A stretch of 63,648 nucleotides of DNA, counting the filler, from Octopus bimaculoides (taxonomy: Eukaryota): NCBI RefSeq assembly GCF_001194135.2. It is 8 parts of 7 records of this genome, joined end to end, with 100 filler letters (N's around TTAATTAATTAA, not from the genome) between each part and the next. Parts side by side here need not be neighbours in the genome. Positions count along the whole stretch, not along the records: positions 1 to 13,341 come from NC_068992.1; 7 more parts are not named here. One strand, 5' to 3'. The notes beneath the pieces were generated by a model that was not told the origin of the DNA, ran no database searches, and saw only the letters and a program-made list of their open reading frames with translations. This document shows positions 1 to 10,084 of the stretch, in pieces. How positions within the stretch are numbered: position 1 is the stretch's first letter; each line of letters starts with the position of its first letter. The position numbers and the translations under genes were made by a program.

Positions 1-218
1 GGGGGGGGGGGGGCTGAGAAAAACTGAAGAAGTAGGAAGAGAAAGAGGATGTGATAGAATAATGGTAATATTCTGAGGTCAGTGAGAGAGGGAGAGGGGA
101 AAGGGCGGGAAAAATATAGGCAGACATAAGAGAGAGAGACAGAGAAAGAAACTGAGAATAAGAAAGAGAGAGAATGGGCGACAGAGACAAAGAGAAGATG
201 GGGAATCAAAGAGTAATT

Positions 219-255
<37 letters not shown>

Positions 256-1573
256 GTGTGTAAAAAAAAAATCAGAATTAAAGAGTGAGTGAATGGGAAA
301 GAAAGACAGAGAAAATCGAAAGGGAGGAAGACAGAGGAAAAAGAAAAAAGAGAAGAGACTAAGGAANNNNNNNNNNNNNNNNNNNNNNNNNNNNNNNNNN
401 NNNNNNNNNNNNNNNNNNNNNNNNNNNNNNNNNNNNNNNNNNNNNNNNNNNNNNNNNNNNNNNNNNNNNNNNNNNNNNNNNNNNNNNNNNNNNNNNNNNN
501 NNNNNNNNNNNNNNNNNNNNNNNNNNNNNNNNNNNNNNNNNNNNNNNNNNNNNNNNNNNNNNNNNNNNNNNNNNNNNNNNNNNNNNNNNNNNNNNNNNNN
601 NNNNNNNNNNNNNNNNNNNNNNNNNNNNNNNNNNNNNNNNNNNNNNNNNNNNNNNNNNNNNNNNNNNNNNNNNNNNNNNNNNNNNNNNNNNNNNNNNNNN
701 NNNNNNNNNNNNNNNNNNNNNNNNNNNNNNNNNNNNNNNNNNNNNNNNNNNNNNNNNNNNNNNNNNNNNNNNNNNNNNNNNNNNNNNNNNNNNNNNNNNN
801 NNNNNNNNNNNNNNNNNNNNNNNNNNNNNNNNNNNNNNNNNNNNNNNNNNNNNNNNNNNNNNNNNNNNNNNNNNNNNNNNNNNNNNNNNNNNNNNNNNNN
901 NNNNNNNNNNNNNNNNNNNNNNNNNNNNNNNNNNNNNNNNNNNNNNNNNNNNNNNNNNNNNNNNNNNNNNGAGAAAGTGAGAGAGAACTGAAAAGACAAG
1001 CGAGGGAGGGTGGGAGGGAGAGAAGAAGAAGGGGTGGAGGGAAATGAAAGACATTCTGCTGTTTTTGTCTGTAGCAGTTTCTAAGTGCATTGATTCTATC
1101 AGAGTTAAAATAGTGATTATAATGATTGCTTACAACAGACTCTTTCTGTCTGTCTGTCTTTTCCCCTTGTTAAACTTCCGTATCTCTGAGATGAATAATT
1201 ATTATTAGCAATGTAAGGTAAAAACTATGGATGGATCTGACTATTAGAATTCGAAAAGGAATAAAAAAACGGTAAAGGAAAAGAAGAGACAGAGAAAGAG
1301 AGAGGGGGGGTGAGGGGGAGAGAAGGAGGGAGATAGTAAAATAGAATGGGATAACATAATTGACATTTGAAGTAGCGTGTTTATGTATATTGAAATATTT
1401 GACATAATGGAGATCAAAAGTTAAATACAAAAAGATGAATGAAATAAAATAAACGTAATAAAGAAAATCTGGAGATAACAGAGTGATTGAGGGAATTTTT
1501 TTTTTTCAAAGGAGCCACTTATGAAAAAACAATTGTTGTGAAGGAGGAAAAATCTAATATTATTATTATTGAA

Positions 1574-1680
1574 GCACAAGGACAGCAGTGTTAGTTAAGA
1601 AGGTCACTGCCCAGTTACACGGTTTTGAGTTCAGTCCCACTGCAAAGCACCTTGGGCAAATATTTTCTATTATAACACCT
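1574..1680 (+). mobile_element. SINE family B, degenerate 5' fragment
   Basis: gagttcagtcccactgcaaagcaccttgggcaaatattttcta matches the head of the dispersed repeat seen better at 12430 and 26688. Confidence 0.55.
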
Positions 1681-1730
1681 GTTACATTATTTACATTTGA
1701 TGGATATTTATCTTCTTCTTGTTTGTTATT

Positions 1731-1778
1731 AACAGAACATTTCGGCTGATATACCCTCCTGCCTTCATCAGGTGTTTT
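1731..1778 (-). ncRNA. Minimal type I hammerhead ribozyme motif (mutated copy)
   Basis: Minus strand reads AAAACAC-CUGAUGA-A-GGCAG-GAGGGUAUAU-CAGCC-GAAA-UG-UU-CUGUU: both core boxes, stem II with one mismatch, vestigial stem III; the sister arm supplies GGCUG and GUGUU, which restore stems II and I. Confidence 0.7.
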
Positions 1779-1862
1779 AGGGAAATTTCGAACCTGGGTT
1801 CTCATTCCTAAGGTATTTTTCGATGTTGTTGTTTTTCTTCTTCTTCTTATTATTATTATTAT

Positions 1863-1935
1863 TCAGGTCACTGCCTGGAATCGAACTCGGAATCTTGGGG
1901 TCAGTAGCCAGCGCTCTTAACCACTACGCCGTATG
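1863..1935 (-). promoter_or_regulatory. tRNA-derived head with Pol III A and B boxes (SINE-like, not a functional tRNA)
   Basis: Minus strand GGCGTAGTGGTTAAG (A box) ... GAGTTCGATTCC (B box) at tRNA-like spacing; acceptor stem not intact. Confidence 0.7.
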
Positions 1936-2139
1936 CTCGTGGGCATATGAAGGCTGGAGGGTACATCAGTCGAAATGTGTTAACAACAAACAAGATGAGG
2001 ACAAATATCCGTCAAATGTAAATAATGTAAATAATGTACATAGTTCCTCATTTCTTAAATATAGAACTGTATAACACCTGCTGTCAAGCGGTGATGATGG
2101 GAAATATATAGACACACACACATATTTGCACATACAGAC

Positions 2140-2290
2140 ATCTCTTTATACAATCAAAGGAGATGATGGTATAAAGAGATTTGTCATTAATGGTGAGTAG
2201 GATTTAGGAGGGTCCAGGAATGATATCTTTGATATAGGATGGCATGGTAATAACGAGGGGCAGCATGAGTTTGTTGAGGTTGTTAAAATT
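2140..2290 (-). pseudogene. Penelope-like reverse transcriptase fragment
   Basis: Minus translation NLNKLMLPLVITMPSYIKDIIPGPS*ILLTINDKSLYTII resembles the PLE RT PSYIKD...T(M/L)DVxSLYTxI motifs; in-frame stop. Confidence 0.6.
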
Positions 2291-2334
2291 TAGGGGACAG
2301 TAGACAAGTCCCTTAACTCCTTAGGGGTTGTTGA

Positions 2335-2460
2335 GGCGCCCAAATGGTGCTTTTTACGTGCCACCGGCACGGAAGCAAGACCGCTGCTCTGGCAGTGATT
2401 CCACTCAGATGGTGCTGTTAGCACTCCACTGGCACGGGTGCCAGTCATCGAATGTGGTTC
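2335..2460 (-). mobile_element. RTE-type LINE 3' UTR repeat-unit fragment
   Basis: ggtgctttttacgtgccaccggcacgg...ggcacgggtgccagtc shared with 5677-5960 and 61978-62150, the latter contiguous with an RTE ORF. Confidence 0.65.
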
Positions 2461-2666
2461 AGTTAAATTTGTGTTTATCATAAATTCTCCTATATTTGCT
2501 CTGTATTTCATAACCAGTAATACTACCAAGTATAGTAGTTACTTAACCACTATACTGGGAATAGACTGGACAATGGTAATCTACATGGGGCTCTAAAATT
2601 AACTGTAGTAAATCGTACATCTATTTCTACACAAAAGATATACTTCATACACACATACATTGAATT

Positions 2667-2830
2667 CCCAGTTTCCATCTTCAAAATTCACTCATAACGC
2701 ATTAGATGACCCAAGGCTGTAATAGAAAAAACCCCCAAAAAACACTTGGTAAAGGTACCATGCAGTGGAACTGAACTGATACCCACATGGTTAGAAGTAA
2801 GCTTCTTAACCACACAGCCATTCCTGCACC
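2667..2830 (-). mobile_element. SINE family B, 5' half
   Basis: Reverse-complement homologue of 12430-12600; CpG sites largely converted to TpG/CpA. Confidence 0.75.
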
Positions 2831-3478
2831 TATGCTTTAAAAAAAAAAAATCAGATGCTGTGTGTCAAATGGTAAAGTTCTAAAAGTGAATAAATATATT
2901 GGATATATCAGTCCTAAATATAACATAAATGAAATGATCACAGCTTATAAATTGTCCCAACAATGTAAATTTGATCCTCAGATTTAAGTTCGTACAATTG
3001 GTTTCCACTTACTGGGTGAAACATTCATTTTGGACGTTTTCATACGACACAGATTCATGGAATGTTTTCCTACAAATCTTGCAGTGATAGTCATGAATAT
3101 TAATGCATACTGTTCATTTTGTTTACTTTGTTTCAGTTTATGATATAAAATCTTCACTTTAGCACTAAACGATACATCAGATTGTTGAATAATTTCGTAA
3201 TGTCTTTCATCTTGTTGGCAGTTGTTGAGAGCACGTATAAAATATATGGAAGCAAAAATGTGTAAGAAAAATGCTAAAAAAAGAAAATATAATTATTAAA
3301 ACTTGAAGCGACAGCAATAACATAGAAAAGAGAACAAAGGAAAGAGTAAAGCAATTGCACATAATAAGATGGTGGATTTTACCAGATACGCATTTGATTT
3401 CTGATGGTTGGGTTTGATTGTGAGATTAGGGGATGGAAATTATATTAATGAGGCTAAGATCTAACTTGGCATATCAAT

Positions 3479-3815
3479 CTCCTGGAAACCGTTCAGAAAT
3501 ATGCAACCAGGCGAATACCTGCTATCAGGCATCTACCATACTTCAAACATCTTGCTTCTTTGGGCATGGATACATTAAAGCTCCAACGTCTGGCAACTGA
3601 CTTGGCAAATACTCACAAGATTATCCACTGTCTTTCCAACAACAAATCTCAGGCACCTTTATGAATTCTATACGTCTAACACTCATGGTCATGCTTACAA
3701 AATAAAAATAAAAAAAAACAACACAGTACTCATGACTTTCAGAAACATTTTTTTCCCACTCAGAACTGCCAAAGCATGGAATAAACAGCCTGCAGCAGTT
3801 GTTAGCTGCTGAGAC
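3479..3815 (+). pseudogene. CR1-clade LINE ORF2 C-terminal remnant
   Basis: LLETVQKYATRRIPAIRHLPYFKHLASLGMDTLKLQRLATDLANTHKIIH, then HAYKI and FFPLRTAKAWN-like motifs, typical of the CR1 post-RT region; frameshifted. Confidence 0.8.
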
Positions 3816-3910
3816 AAGTACAGGACTTTTACCCACTCCCATGGACAATAATCCCCCCCCCCCCNNNNNNNNNNCCAAGGACATAGATGATGATTTAAAA
3901 CTTAATATAG

Positions 3911-4060
3911 TGGAAGCGCAATGGCTCAGTGGTTAGGGCAGCGGACTCGCGGTCATAGGATCATGGTTTCGATTCCCAGACCAGGTGTTGTGAGTGTTTA
4001 TTGAGCGAAAACACCTAAAGCTCCATGAGGCTCCGGCAGGGGATGGTGGTGAACCCTGCT
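3911..4060 (+). mobile_element. SINE family A, tRNA-derived 5' part
   Basis: ggaagcgcaatggctcagtggttagggcagcggactcgcgg...ggtttcgattcccagacc, A/B boxes; homologous to 6570-6723 (-) and 52469 (+). Confidence 0.85.
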
Positions 4061-4190
4061 GTCTACCAGTCACAAAGCTTTGGTCAGTTGAGATTATAGT
4101 AAAAGATACTTGTCCTAGATGCCATGCAGTGGGACTGAACCTGGAACTATGTGGTTGGGAAACAAACTTCTTACTACACAACCATGCCTG
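4061..4190 (-). mobile_element. SINE family B, 5' fragment
   Basis: gctttggtcag...gatacttgtcctagatgccatgcagtgggactgaacctgg...cttcttactacacaaccatgcc. Confidence 0.75.
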
Positions 4191-4304
4191 CATCATGATG
4201 ATGACAATGTCCATGTTGACAATGACAAGGATTTCAATAATGAGAATAGTGAAAGTGATGATGACAATGACATTAGTGATGCCAATGTTGATGTTGATGT
4301 TGCC

Positions 4305-4326
4305 AGAGAGAGGGAAAGAGAGAGGA

Positions 4327-4373
<47 letters not shown>

Positions 4374-4376
4374 TAA

Positions 4377-4415
<39 letters not shown>
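4305..4415. repeat. (GA)n microsatellite
   Basis: Direct reading; one of many (GA)n tracts in the window. Confidence 0.95.
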
Positions 4416-4417
<2 letters not shown>

Positions 4418-5142
4418 CCATAAGGAGAGATATAAGGAAGAGGGAGAAAGGTGATAGAAGTAAGGGGGAAGTAGAATGAAGAGAATGAAAAGGATTAGGA
4501 GAGGTAAGAGTAAAAGTGATGAGAATGACTGAATGACAGAAAGAACGAGGAGGTGAGAGGGTGGAAGGGTAGAAGGAGGGTATAATGAATGTGGAAGGAT
4601 AGGAGGGAAATAGGAAGAGAGGAGAAAGATTGAGAAAAGAGAAAGAGGAGGAGGTGGAGGAGGAGGAAAAAAAGAGAAGGAAATTAATAGGAAATGAAAT
4701 TAAAACTTTAAAAAATAATTTTTTCTGATAATTTTATTTTTTCTCTAGCTTTTTTGTATCTAATTATTTTTTAAAAATTTAATTTCACTTTCGAAAAAAA
4801 AACAAAAAAACCCCACAATATTTGAGTGGAAAAGAATTTGTAATGATAGTGTCAATAGTCACTGGTATTTTGTGCTGTAATGTTGTTGTTGTTGTTGTTG
4901 TTGTTGTTATTGAAAACATAACAGTTGGTTATCTTTCATTATATGAGCAGCAATTAAATTTTTCTTATTGATTGCTTTTTTTTTTTTTTAATCAACATGG
5001 AAAATAACAACAATTAAATTAAATTAAATTTATTTATTCATTTGTTTGTTTGTTTGTTTTTTTCTCATTTTTTCTACTTCTTATTTTCCAGGGCTAATCT
5101 AAGACTGAACTCAGAGCACACGTGCATGCTTCTATATGTCAG

Positions 5143-5507
5143 CTTGGCTGTGAGGTAAGAAGCTTGCATCCCAACCGCACAGTTCCAGGTTCAGTCCCAA
5201 TTTGGGCAAGTGTCTTCTACTATAGCCTTGAGCCAACCAAAGCTTTGTGAGGTGGATTTGGTAGACGGAAACTGAAAGAAGCCCATCGTACATATGTCTA
5301 TATCTATGTGGGTGTGTTTTTGTGTTTATACTTGTCCTCTCACCCTCGCTTGACAACCGATGTTGGTTTGTTTCTGTTTCTGTAACTTAATGGTTCAGCA
5401 AAGGAGACCAATAGAATAAGTACCAGGTTTACAAAGAATAAGTCCTGGAGTTGATTTCTTTGACTGAAACCCTTTTAAGTGGTGTTCCAGCATGGCCACA
5501 GTCAAAT
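5143..5507 (+). mobile_element. SINE family B, near full length, tail interrupted by an RTE fragment
   Basis: Head, central ttgggcaagtgtcttctactatagcc block, (TG)n linker and 3' part; terminal gactgaaacaaataaaaga resumes at 5974. Confidence 0.85.
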
Positions 5508-5973
5508 CATCATCATTATCATCATCGTTTAATGTCCACTTTCCATGCTAGCATGGGTTGGACGATTTGACTGAGGACTGGTGAAACCAGATGGCTACAC
5601 CAGGCTCCAATCTGATTTGGCAGTTTCTACAGCTGGATGCCCTTCCTAACGCCAACCACTCTGAGAGTGTAGTGGGTGCTTTTACGTGCCACCCGCACGA
5701 AGGCCAGTCAGGCGGTACTGGCAACGGCTACGCTCAAATGGTGTATTTTATGTGCCACCTGCACAAGAGCCAGTCCAGGGGCACTGGCAACGGTCTCGCT
5801 CGAAAGTCCTTACACCTGCCATGGGCACAAGTGCCAGAAAGGCAACGCTGGGCACAGGAGCCATCCCGATTTCGCTTTCGCTTGCCCCAATAAGTCTTCG
5901 CAAGCCAAGTTTCGTGTCCAATGAAGGAGACGACGTTGGCATGGGTGCCAGTCGTCGAATTTAGTTCGGTTTC
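5508..5973 (-). mobile_element. RTE-type LINE 3' end with (TGA)n tail and tandem 55-60 bp UTR units
   Basis: catcatcgtttaatgtccactttccatgc...ggatgcccttcctaacgccaaccact is nearly identical to 61812-62040, which is contiguous with an RTE ORF. Confidence 0.85.
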
Positions 5974-6164
5974 GACTGAAACAAATAAAAGAATATGTAT
6001 TTATACATGTGTGTGTGTGTGTGTGTATGACTTTCACATGTTTTATTGGACTGCAGCCATGCTCAGATGCCACCTTCAAGGATTTAAGTTGAACAAATTG
6101 GCCCCAGGAGATTTGAGAAAATTACCCTTGCAAGGCAGAAAAATTTATCAACAAGCTGCTATGG

Positions 6165-6222
6165 GACTTGAACCCATATCCCTCAAAGACTCTTGGCTGC
6201 GTGCTTTACAATTTGGCTAAAA
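6165..6222 (-). mobile_element. Degenerate tRNA-derived SINE head
   Basis: Minus strand tagccaaattgtaaagcacgc...ggttcaagtccc resembles A/B boxes. Confidence 0.35.
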
Positions 6223-6327
6223 TGCTCACTGAAATATTCATTGTCGAATTTAGACGCTAAATACTTTAGCTTTTAATGGAACAACCATGGGTGTATAAAT
6301 GTAAACAAACAAATCTTTGTTTACATT

Positions 6328-6723
6328 TGTTGTTGTTGTTGTTGGCATTCCGTCGCTTATGACGACATCAAGGTTCCAGTTGATCCGATCAACGGAACAG
6401 CCTGCTTCTGAAATTAATGTGCAAGTGGCTGAGCACTCCACAGACACGGGTACTCTTAGCGTAGTTCTTGGGGATATTCAGCGTGACACAGTGTGACAAG
6501 GCTGACCCTTTGAATTACAGGCACAACAGAAACAGGAAGTAAGAGTGAGAGAAAGTTGCGGTGGAAGAGTACAGCAGGGTTCGCCACCATCCCCTGCTGG
6601 GGTCTCGTGGAGCATTAGGTGTTTTCGCTCAATAAACACTCACAACGCCCGGTCCGGGAATCGAAACCGCAATCCTATGACCGCGAGTCCGCTGATCTAA
6701 CCACTGGGCCATTGCGCCTCCAC
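6328..6723 (-). mobile_element. SINE family A, near full length with (AAC)n tail
   Basis: Head at 6723-6650 matches 3911; 3' body shared with 54860-54985. Confidence 0.85.
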
Positions 6724-6814
6724 TTGTTTACATTTATACATACATTTTTTTTAAGTTCCATTCTGATATTCTATTAGTTATTATTGCCAAACTGTTAAAT
6801 TACAGGGATGTAAA

Positions 6815-7050
6815 GAAACCAACACCGATTGTCAAGCAGTGTGTGTGGGGAGGGGAGGAGAGGGGCAGACACAGACACAGTGATACTCCCCCCTGCACAC
6901 ACACACACAACAGGCTTCTGCACAGTTTCCATCTACTAAATTCACTTATGACACATTGGTCAGCCCAAGGATGTAGTAAAAGACATTTGTCCCAGGTGTT
7001 GTTCAAAGTGCTCTGCCAAGGAAGGTTCTTCACCACACAGCCATGCCTAT
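6815..7050 (-). mobile_element. SINE family B, degenerate
   Basis: accgattgtcaagc...gtttccatctactaaattcac...ccacacagccatgcc. Confidence 0.7.
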
Positions 7051-7104
7051 GCCTATGTACGTGTGAATTTTTATACCATTCTGTCAGGGAGCAAAAAGAA
7101 AATA

Positions 7105-7136
7105 TCCATGATGATGATGATGATAATGATCATCAG

Positions 7137-7171
<35 letters not shown>

Positions 7172-7234
7172 GCGTCGTCATCATCATCATCACCATCATC
7201 ATCAGCGTCATCATCATCATCATCAGTGTCGTCG

Positions 7235-7279
<45 letters not shown>

Positions 7280-7310
7280 GCGTCATCATCATCATCATCA
7301 TCATCACCAT
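7105..7310. repeat. (CAT)n/(GAT)n microsatellite
   Basis: Direct reading; source of the poly-His/Ile/Ser/Asp ORFs. Confidence 0.95.
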
Positions 7311-7450
7311 TGTTTAACATCTGCCTTCCATGCTGGCATGGATTGGACGGTTTGACAGGAGCCAGCCAGGCAGAAGCCTGCACCAGACTTCTGTGTCTAT
7401 TTTGGCATAGTTTCCTTTATGACCGGATGCCCTTCCTAACACCAACCAAC
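7300..7450 (-). mobile_element. RTE-type LINE extreme 3' end
   Basis: tgtttaacatctgccttccatgctggcatggattggacgg...ggatgcccttcctaacaccaacc. Confidence 0.7.
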
Positions 7451-8931
7451 TAGCAGAGTGGTCCTTTTTTTTTTAAGTCTCCAAGACAGGAGTGGTGGGT
7501 TTGTTTGTGTGGGAGGGACCAGGGAAGAAAGTTATGCTGAAACTGAAAATTTGGAGCAAATTCTTGAAATAGAGTGACTTCCGCTCTGCTTGAGGCACCC
7601 AGGAATGAGAGATTGGTATTAAAAGCAGGTTACTGGAATAAAATCTACCACTCAAAAACTCAGCATTCAAAGAACCATCAGAATAAATACCACAAGGTGT
7701 GTGAGTGAGTGTTTGTGTATGTGTGAGTTTGTGTTTGTGTGTGTTTGCATTTATGCAAGGGCTTGTGTGTGCATATGAATGTGTGTATGTGTTTGGGCGC
7801 GTGTTTGTACATGTGTGTTTGCACATGAGCAAGTGTTTGTGTTTGTGTGTGTGTGTGTGTGAGTGTTTGTGTATGTGTGTTTGCATATGTGTGAGTGCTT
7901 GCATGCGGGTCTGCGTGTTTATTGCACGTATACAAGTGTTTGCATCTACATGTGGGTATTAAAAGCCAAACAAAAACAAAAAACAAAATCCCTGAAGACA
8001 AAATATTTGGTGGGAAAAGGCAGTGGGGAAATTACTGTCAATCATAATTGCCCCCTAGTCACATGACTAGTATTTTGCACCCCACCCCCACCATTCATCT
8101 CATAAAGGGCTGAGAATCAGAACTGCTTTCATCCAGACAGGATTTGAATGTTGAATATAAAAGGATGTAACTAAATACTACAAGACATTTTGTTTGATGC
8201 ACCAATGTGATTCTGTTATAATATATCTATTGCTGAGGACCCTAGATGACATTTGAATGAGAACCAGATCCAGATGCAAGTAAGCATCAGTCTGTATCAA
8301 CATTGATTTTTTTTTTAATATAAATATATGCATGCTCTCCCTTTCTCTCTCCCTCTCTTCTTCTGTCTCTTGCTCCCTTACCCCACTCTCTCTCTTTCTC
8401 TCCCTCTCTCTTGCTCTCCCTTTCTCCCTTCCCTCTCTCTCATTCTCTCTCTCTGTCTCACGGTCTCTCCCATCTCCCTCTCTCTCTCCCTCCATGACTC
8501 TTTCTTCTCTCTCATGCTCTCCTGTTCTCCCTCCTCCTCCTCTTATGCCCTCTTCCATCCAATTCCCCATCCAACAATGTTTAGAGAAGCAAAACAAATC
8601 ATAGGATTTAAATGATATTAATTCATGCTCCACTGATTTCTCAAAGAATGGCAGTGGTGGTGGGGTGGGGGTGGGGAGAGGTCAGAATGTTTCATGGTTC
8701 TCCTGTTCTTATTTACTGTTTTTTTTTTTAAACTTTCATTTACCTCCCTCCTGGGGCTTTTTGGCGTAAGGGGGGTAATTTTAATTGATATCCTAATGAA
8801 ATTAGTCGGGTCAATGGTTTATTAATCAGAGTATAGAATACTCTTGACTGTGATCATTGTTCTATTCGAGAGAGTACACGATAAGATATTGACTCCTGTT
8901 TTGCTGTTGGTGTTGTTAGAAATCATTATTA

Positions 8932-8969
<38 letters not shown>

Positions 8970-9382
8970 GTGGAGGCACAATGNNNNNNNNNNNNNNNNN
9001 NNNNNNNNNNNNNNNNNNNNNNNNNNNNNNNNNNNNNNNNNNNNNNNNNNNNNNNNNNNNNNNNNNNNNNNNNNNNNNNNNNNNNNNNNNNNNNNNNNNN
9101 NNNNNNNNNNNNNNNNNNNNNNNNNNNNNNNNNNNNNNNNNNNNNNNNNNNNNNNNNNNNNNNNNNNNNNNNNNNNNNNNNNNNNNNNNNNNNNNNNNNN
9201 NNNNNNNNNNNNNNNNNNNNNNNNNNNNNNNNNNNNNNNNNNNNNNNNNNNNNNNNNNNNNNNNNNNNNNNNNNNNNNNNNNNNNNNNNNNNNNNNNNNN
9301 NNNNNNNNNNNNNNNNNNNNNNNNNNNNNNNNNNNNNNNNNNNNNNNNNNNNNNNNNNNNNNNNNNNNNNNNNTATTATTAA

Positions 9383-9425
<43 letters not shown>

Positions 9426-9429
9426 ATAA

Positions 9430-9635
9430 GGTGGCGAGCTGGCAGAAACATTAGAACGCCGGGCGAAATGCCTAGCGGTATTTCGTCTGCCGTTATGTTC
9501 TGAGTTCAAATTCCGCCGAGGTCGACTTTGCCTTTCATCCTTCCGGGGTCCATTAAATAAGTACCAGTTATGCACTGGGGTCAATGCAATCGGCTTAATC
9601 CCCTTGTCTGTCCTTGTTTATCCCCTCTATGTTTA
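9430..9635 (+). mobile_element. SINE family C
   Basis: ggcgagctggcagaaacattagaacgccgggcgaaatg...gagttcaaattccgccgaggtcgactttgcctttcatcc...aagtaccagt; follows an (ATT)n tract. Confidence 0.85.
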
Positions 9636-10084
9636 GAAGAAGAAGCAGAAGAAGCAGAAGAAGAAGAAGAAGAAGAAGAAGAAGAAAAGAAGAAGAAGAA
9701 GAAGGGGCAGAAGAGGAGGAGGTGAGGAGGAGAGAGAAGAAGAAGAAGAAGAAGATGACAACGACCTATTTAACAGTGGAGGTGGATGCCCCAAAAGTTA
9801 TATTTGCACAGATAAGAATGAGATGCAAAATGAAAAAAAAAATTCAGGCATTTGATCTGTGTGAAGGATGACAGTTGGGAAAAGAATTGCCAAGATTCTA
9901 AATAATAGGAAAAATGCAGAAGAAGAGGAAGAAGAAGAAGAGGAAGGAGAAGAAGAAGAACAAGAAGAAGAAGAATAAGGAATTTGTGGGAAGAAGTGGT
10001 GGATGCTGAGCTCAAAACAAAAAAAGGCTGAATTTCACAATTAAGATGTCAAAAGGGGTAATAAAATAAGTGACAAGATGCTGT

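Larger units (their letters stand above)
1682..2069. mobile_element. Fold-back non-autonomous Penelope-associated element (tRNA-like head plus hammerhead motif) with 11-bp target-site duplication
   Basis: TATAACACCTG occurs at 1671-1681 and 2070-2080; 1683-1767 is an inverted homologue of about 1947-2030; pseudo-palindromic axis catatg-like (gtatgctcgtgggcatatg) at about 1931-1949. Confidence 0.7.

Noticed and set aside
217-1090. Long ORFs spanning N runs (also 18.8-19.9, 20.7-21.9, 38-39, 47.8-48.8, 56.8-57.7 kb)
   Set aside because: Open only because N codons are not stops.
1863-1935. tRNA gene call (also for the SINE heads at 3911, 6723, 52469, 56230)
   Set aside because: A/B boxes are present but there is no complete cloverleaf, and each continues into a repeat body.
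2138-2192. Apparent plus-strand exon TSLYTIKGDDGIKRFVIN with a GTGAGT donor, vaguely cadherin-like
   Set aside because: Better explained as the antisense of the Penelope RT fragment plus its inverted duplication.
7063-7453. Poly-His/Ile/Met/Asp/Ser ORFs, and similar poly-YI, poly-CV, poly-RE, poly-LS ORFs throughout
   Set aside because: Translations of di-, tri- and tetranucleotide microsatellites, open in several frames on both strands.
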